In this document: positions 29,421 to 34,436 of the stretch, piece by piece
Position numbering within the stretch: position 1 is the stretch's first letter
Layout of the letters: every line of letters starts with the position of its first letter
Assembly (NCBI GenBank): GCA_964525635.1
Contig: CAZGJX010000039.1
Span: 1-34,436 of the forward strand
From: an uncultured archaeon
GTDB taxonomy: Archaea; Asgardarchaeota; Lokiarchaeia; Sigyniarchaeales; SOKP01
Direction: 5' to 3'
DNA: 34,436 nt
The notes under the pieces: generated by a model
What the model saw: only the letters and a program-made list of their open reading frames with translations
Database searches by the model: none
Told to the model about the DNA's origin: nothing
Program-made: the position numbers and the translations under genes

Positions 29421-31217
29421 TTAAATCACTAAAATATCTAAATCTTTCTTTATTGTATGAAGTTTGTTCTTTTTTTTATATAATGCGATAATACTTAATT
29501 TACGTGATTTTAAATTATCCTCTTTATCATAATGTTTTTTAAAATTCCATTTTAAAAGAAATGCCTCGTTTGGTCCTAAGATTTTAGGGATATGATTTTT
29601 TAGTTCTTTTTTTTTTTTTTTTTTAAAGATATCTTTAGGATAATCTATAATTATATATAAATCAGTTATTATTTCTGAAGATAAATTCTTAATTTGTATA
29701 AATAATTTTATTACTGAATTAAAATCTTGAGGTTTACGAATTAACTTCCATTGTTTTAAAAATAAAAGATCATTATTAATATCAGATTTTGGTATAATGG
29801 ATTCTAAAACATTTTCAGTAATTTTGGCACTTATCAAATTCTTTTTCAAGAGTATTGATATAACATCCGTAATTTTTGACTTATGGATATTATATTTAAA
29901 ACATATTTCATCAAGATTTACTGCTCTTTTTTTTATCTCCAATGATAACCACTCGCTTAAATCTAAATAGGAAAGTTCAGGCATTACTTCACTTAAAAAT
30001 GCAATTAATTCTTTTCTTAAGGTTTCCGCTTCAAAATCTTCTAGTTTTCCTGCTTCATTTAATTGATGATATATGTTTAAATAGATATCATATTGTGGAA
30101 CCGCTTTTAATAACATCCTTAATTTTGTATAATTTGCCAAATCAAATTTTTTTACCATCTCAATGATTAATTGTGAAAATAATGAATCTACAAATTTTGG
30201 ATCCCTAATATATAATTTTTTAAGAATATTTGTAAGAGTGATATTGAATTGAATATCTATTAAGGTTGTATGTATAAATAAATACTCAAATCTTAAAAAA
30301 CCATGTTTTTTTATTGAAAATTTTAAAAGATTTTCAATTGCTTCAATATTATCAAAGGTATCATCATTTAAATATGAGAAAAATGCATCATCAAATAATT
30401 TAACATGATATTCCATTATTTCTTTGATAGCTTTAGAAACTGCTTTGTTTACTAAAAAATCATCATGATCTAGGAATAATACTATTTCTCTAGTGAGGGG
30501 TTGGATTAAATCTTTCTTTTTTATGCCTAATTTTCCTATCAGAAAAATTATCTTTTCTTGAGCTATCCAATTCCTATTAAGAATTGAATTTACTAAGCTT
30601 TTAAAATCTTTAATAGAATAAGTTTTAATAATTAAATTAAATAAAAAGTCTAAAATTTCCCATTTAACATCTTTATCTTCTTCATCATACAATACATCTA
30701 ATTCATTATTAAATTCCTTAATGAATTCAGCTCTTTCTAAAATTATATCATTTAAGAATCCTATTATCTGCATTCTTATGTTCCAAAAATCATCTTTTAA
30801 ACATTTAATTAAACTAATAATAATTTTATTCTCAAATTTTGGACATTCATTAAAAATTTTAATTAAAAAATCGATAAATTTACGTCTTACAATAGGTTCA
30901 AAATGACTTAATTTGGAGATTATAAAATCAATCTCATCATCAATTAGATTAAGATCATTAATTAATGTATTTGTATATAAATTAATTGACATTTCCTGTA
31001 TATTCTCATCATAGGAATCTATTAATTTTTTAATTTCTTGGAAGTGATGTTGTGATAAATAGTTCCCCTTTTTTTGTATCTGTTGAATACCTTCTAAAAT
31101 ATCTGATAAAGGTAAAATATCTTCTTCATTGATTAATGATACTAAGTTATTTAATGCTTTTTCATAATTACCAGATTTAATATCTTCTTTTATTTTATTT
31201 AAGTTAATTTCTGTTAT
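29421..31217 (-). CDS. HEAT/ARM-repeat protein with a putative winged-helix and C-terminal beta-sandwich; frame extends to a probable ATA start at 31217
   Basis: LKDDFWNIR, DEEDKDVK, LDHDDFLV HEAT motifs; frame open 75 codons upstream of ATG 30992; C-terminal LFIQIKNLS..ITDL.I.IDYP...LGPNE...KW.F. Confidence 0.75.
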   Translation of the reverse strand: MTEINLNKIKEDIKSGNYEKALNNLVSLINEEDILPLSDILEGIQQIQKKGNYLSQHHFQEIKKLIDSYDENIQEMSINLYTNTLINDLNLIDDEIDFIISKLSHFEPIVRRKFIDFLIKIFNECPKFENKIIISLIKCLKDDFWNIRMQIIGFLNDIILERAEFIKEFNNELDVLYDEEDKDVKWEILDFLFNLIIKTYSIKDFKSLVNSILNRNWIAQEKIIFLIGKLGIKKKDLIQPLTREIVLFLDHDDFLVNKAVSKAIKEIMEYHVKLFDDAFFSYLNDDTFDNIEAIENLLKFSIKKHGFLRFEYLFIHTTLIDIQFNITLTNILKKLYIRDPKFVDSLFSQLIIEMVKKFDLANYTKLRMLLKAVPQYDIYLNIYHQLNEAGKLEDFEAETLRKELIAFLSEVMPELSYLDLSEWLSLEIKKRAVNLDEICFKYNIHKSKITDVISILLKKNLISAKITENVLESIIPKSDINNDLLFLKQWKLIRKPQDFNSVIKLFIQIKNLSSEIITDLYIIIDYPKDIFKKKKKKELKNHIPKILGPNEAFLLKWNFKKHYDKEDNLKSRKLSIIALYKKKNKLHTIKKDLDILVI

Positions 31218-31582
31218 CTTGCTACATCTCTTATGAAACTATTTGCTAATTTTACATATTATTAATAACTGAATTAAAATATAAAAATTTAGAAAACTTA
31301 AATAATTTCAAAAAAAAAACTTTTCACCTATAAAGATTTGATAATTTATTTAAGAAGTATTTATTTCATTTCATTCTGATTTTATAAATAATAGAAAAAT
31401 CTTTACTTTTTTATTCTAAGATTAGTTGAAATATATCTTTTTAACCTAATAGAAGTGATTACCGATATTTAATTATTAATTTTTATATAACTACCTACTA
31501 TCCTAATTAAACAAAGAATCTTTTTATTTTATTATATATAAATTCAGAATTATAATATATATTTAAAAAAAAAAGAAAAATT

Positions 31583-31840
31583 CTATTTTTTCATTTTTAC
31601 TCGTAATTCTGCAATCTTCCAGCAAAGCTCATCGTTACCATATGATAGCTCAGAAATTTCTTTAGCTTTTTCTTCTATTTTAAATTTGGAAATCCTTCCA
31701 GGAATCTCTCTTTCACTTTGAATTGATTCTTCAGCAAAGATCCAACATAATTCATCATAAGATAATTTCTTTTCAGAGAGGTAATATGCTTCCTGTTCAA
31801 TTTTATTTTTTAAATCCTCTAGATTATCGGATTCAGTCAT
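31583..31840 (-). CDS. Small protein with an internal duplicated motif (DUF2934-reminiscent)
   Basis: KIEQEAYYLSEKKLSYDELCWIFAE / KIEEKAKEISELSYGNDELCWKIAE. Confidence 0.75.
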   Translation of the reverse strand: MTESDNLEDLKNKIEQEAYYLSEKKLSYDELCWIFAEESIQSEREIPGRISKFKIEEKAKEISELSYGNDELCWKIAELRVKMKK

Positions 31841-31978
31841 AATTAAATATCATTTAATTTTATTTGAATTTTATAATTGAAGATTATAATTAAAAACTTG
31901 TATTTAAATTTAGGTTGTTTATGAACTTTTTATTTTATAAATAAAAGACTTTAATTTAGTATTTTATTTTCCTTTTTT

Positions 31979-33159
31979 ATGAAATATCGAAAAATGGGAT
32001 CATTAGACTGGGATGTATCTATATTGGGATTTGGTGCAATGAGACTTCCAATAAAACAATCATGGGATGATATAGATTATGAAAAGGGAATAAAAATGGT
32101 AAGATATGCTATTGATCACGGAGTTAACTATGTAGATACTGCTTGGCCTTATCATGTTGAAAAATCAGAAGTATTCTTAGGAGAGGTATTGAAAGATGGT
32201 TATCGAGAAAAAGTAGAATTAGTATCTAAAAGCCCTATTTGGTTAGTACTAACTCAAGATGATCTTGAAAAATATTTAGATCTCCAATTGAGTAAATTAC
32301 AAACAAGTTATTTGGATATCTATTTATTACATGGATTGAATCAAGATAAATTGAAGAAAATTAAAAATTTAGATCTTTTAAAAAGATGGAGGAATTAAAA
32401 GCTAAAGGTAAAATCAAACATATAGGATTTTCATTTCATGGTTCTTATGAAACCTTCAAAGAAATTATAGATTCTTATCCTTGGGAAATAGCTCAGATCC
32501 AATATAATTATCTTGATGTTGATTATCAAGCAACTATTAAAGGATTAGATTATGCTTATTCTAAGAAAATTGCTGTTGTTATCATGGAACCCTTACGTGG
32601 TGGTAAATTAGTGGAAAGTAATTTGACAGTAGAAGAATTACTAAAAACAGCTCCAAATAAGAGAATATTAGCAGATTGGGGGCTCCAATTTACCTGGAAT
32701 CATCCGGGAGTTTCTGTTGTCTTAAGTGGTATGAGTAATTTACAGCAAGTAAAAGAAAATATTGTAAGTGCTGAAAATTCTAAGTCAAATTCGTTAACTG
32801 AAGAAGAATTAGGATTCATTGAGAAATTGAGAAATTATTATAAGTCAAGAATCAAAGTAACATGTACTAATTGTAAGTATTGTATACCATATCCACAAGG
32901 AGTAAATATACCTGAGAATTTTAATCTTATAAATAGTGCCGCATGGGAGGGCATAGTTGAGGATTGGGTTCAAAATTCGTATGATGAATTAGATGATGAT
33001 AGTATAGATACAGATTGGCATGGTAAAGGAAAAGCAAATCTTTGTATAAAATGCGGGGAATGTCTTGAGAAGTGTCCTCAATTAATTGACATTCCCACTG
33101 AATTAGAAGATGTGAAACTTATCTTTGAAGAAGGTAAACCAATTAAAGACTTCATATAA
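31979..33159 (+). pseudogene. Aldo/keto reductase with C-terminal 4Fe-4S domain, frameshifted at ~32376-32385
   Basis: LGFGAMRLP, GVNYVDTAWPYH, IGFSFH, MEPLRGG, CIKCGECLEKCPQ; one added base joins the two ORFs; CxxCxxCxPCP has Cys to Tyr. Confidence 0.85.
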
Positions 33160-33594
33160 TACCCTTTCCTTTTATATACTTAATTGAATATTATATTTCT
33201 TTTAATAGTATAGAATAAAAATTATATCATTTGATAATATCAATCAGTAATAATCTTTATTTTTACTAATTTAATAAATTTTTATACTATATTCTTTTAT
33301 AGAAAAAGAAACTAATTTTCTGTTAACAATATACTCATAAGCTTTGATGAGATATATAAGATGTGGTGAAACACCACCCCTACTTCCGCTCAATGTTATT
33401 CCAATGGATTATCATAGTTAGGGAGGTTAATAATGATCTTTGTATTGAAAGAAGCAATTTAATGAATATATATGGAAAAGGAATCCCAAATGCCATTTTG
33501 GTGGATGGGATAGAGGCATTCGGACTGATGCCACAGATAAAGTATCATAATCTTTATGATATTATCATTTGAAATAAAATGAGTATCATTTTAT

Positions 33595-34359
33595 TCATTT
33601 TGATGGTCTAAATGGCATAAACATAGGAACTTTATTTTTATATGTTCTATATGTCTCTCTAAATTCTTTTATTAATTCTTTTTCTTCTTTTTTTATCATA
33701 ACATAGATCACCAGAAATATAATAGGTGTCACTATAAGTGAAAAAAATGCGGATATTAGAAGAGAAATACCAATATGAGCTAAGAATCCTCCAAAATATT
33801 GAGGATGTCTAATATATGAATACATTCCAGAGGTGATCACTTTTTTAGCTTTGTGTGTTTCTGCAACTTCAATTGACATTATACTTATTGCTTTTAGTGG
33901 GATCCATGCTCCTACCACTATAAATGGTAAAGCGATTGATAAATGAATCATATAAATTTTTAAATTGATTAAGGGAACTATAAAATAATATTCATCCAGA
34001 ATTTTTATGGTAAATTTTGGTTGTGGAGAAATCCATATTCCTATCCAAAATAAAAAGAATAATTCACTTGAAATTAATCCTAAGGTTTGAGTAATTTTTT
34101 CTCCTTTTTTTTTTCCATACTTTTTCTCAAATCTCTCATGCTCTAAAGACCAAAAATACAGAGGTAATATTGAAATAATCCCAATTAGATTAATTATAAA
34201 CCATCCAGAATAATCAATGGGAAAAATAACCATTAATAAGATTAATAAAATAAAGAGCAATGAAAACAAAATATCATAAATAACAGTTATAGGAACAGTT
34301 TTCCTTTTTTTTTCATTCACATATCCAAAAAAATTGTATGACTTAATAAATATTATCAA
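33595..34359 (-). CDS. Isoprenylcysteine carboxyl methyltransferase/PEMT-family membrane protein (start uncertain)
   Basis: ITSGMYSYIRHPQY, EEKELIKEF...Y..YK.KVPMF.P; multiple TM segments. Confidence 0.85.
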   Translation of the reverse strand: MIIFIKSYNFFGYVNEKKRKTVPITVIYDILFSLLFILLILLMVIFPIDYSGWFIINLIGIISILPLYFWSLEHERFEKKYGKKKGEKITQTLGLISSELFFLFWIGIWISPQPKFTIKILDEYYFIVPLINLKIYMIHLSIALPFIVVGAWIPLKAISIMSIEVAETHKAKKVITSGMYSYIRHPQYFGGFLAHIGISLLISAFFSLIVTPIIFLVIYVMIKKEEKELIKEFRETYRTYKNKVPMFMPFRPSK

Positions 34360-34436
34360 TCGTCTTGATTAAAATATGGATTTATTTATAACGCATTAAA
34401 CAATTTTTCATAACTACACCTAGATTTAATTTCTCG

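Noticed and set aside
2379-30906. Antisense or overlapping short ORFs from the track (2379, 3770, 7009, 9858, 19685, 20034, 20450, 21704, 21916, 22325, 23832, 24576, 26046, 28477, 29942, 30721)
   Set aside because: They shadow well-supported genes on the opposite strand, have no motifs and have compositions expected from reverse frames of AT-rich coding DNA
33363-33572. 69-aa ORF in a locally GC-richer intergenic stretch
   Set aside because: No recognisable motif or SD; possibly a gene remnant, but it cannot be supported
33595-34359. ICMT-family gene as a GTPase prenyl-methylation partner of the cluster
   Set aside because: The family is widespread in prokaryotes, the gene is not linked to the cluster, and the GTPase has no CaaX tail

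Overview
Very AT-rich archaeal chromosomal window. Gene content (roadblock domains, Rab-like small GTPase, gelsolin domain, MPN domain, BAR-like proteins, GAGGTGA Shine-Dalgarno sites) points to an Asgard archaeon, most likely Lokiarchaeia; this is inferred from protein families, not from a marker gene. The left half (1-18.6 kb) is a plastic region. It holds a duplicated cassette (BAR-like protein, ATT-initiated TFS-type zinc ribbon, 54-aa ORF) repeated ~15.7 kb apart, two MscS genes, treT and IS200/IS605 debris. It also holds a five-gene methyltransferase / AlaDH-like / pseudo-methyltransferase / AsnB-like / YkgJ operon, a frameshifted VapBC pair and a mosaic of three fragments copied from elsewhere in the window. 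The right half (19-31 kb) is the best candidate for an undescribed system. A single-chain roadblock-Rab-like GTPase-LRR-multipass membrane protein is transcribed divergently from roadblock, roadblock-Pro-repeat, gelsolin and FIST genes. These are followed by luxE-like and luxC-like genes with no luciferase, and the cluster is flanked by a JAMM-less MPN protein and a HEAT-repeat protein. All family calls come from reading motifs by eye; no searches were run.
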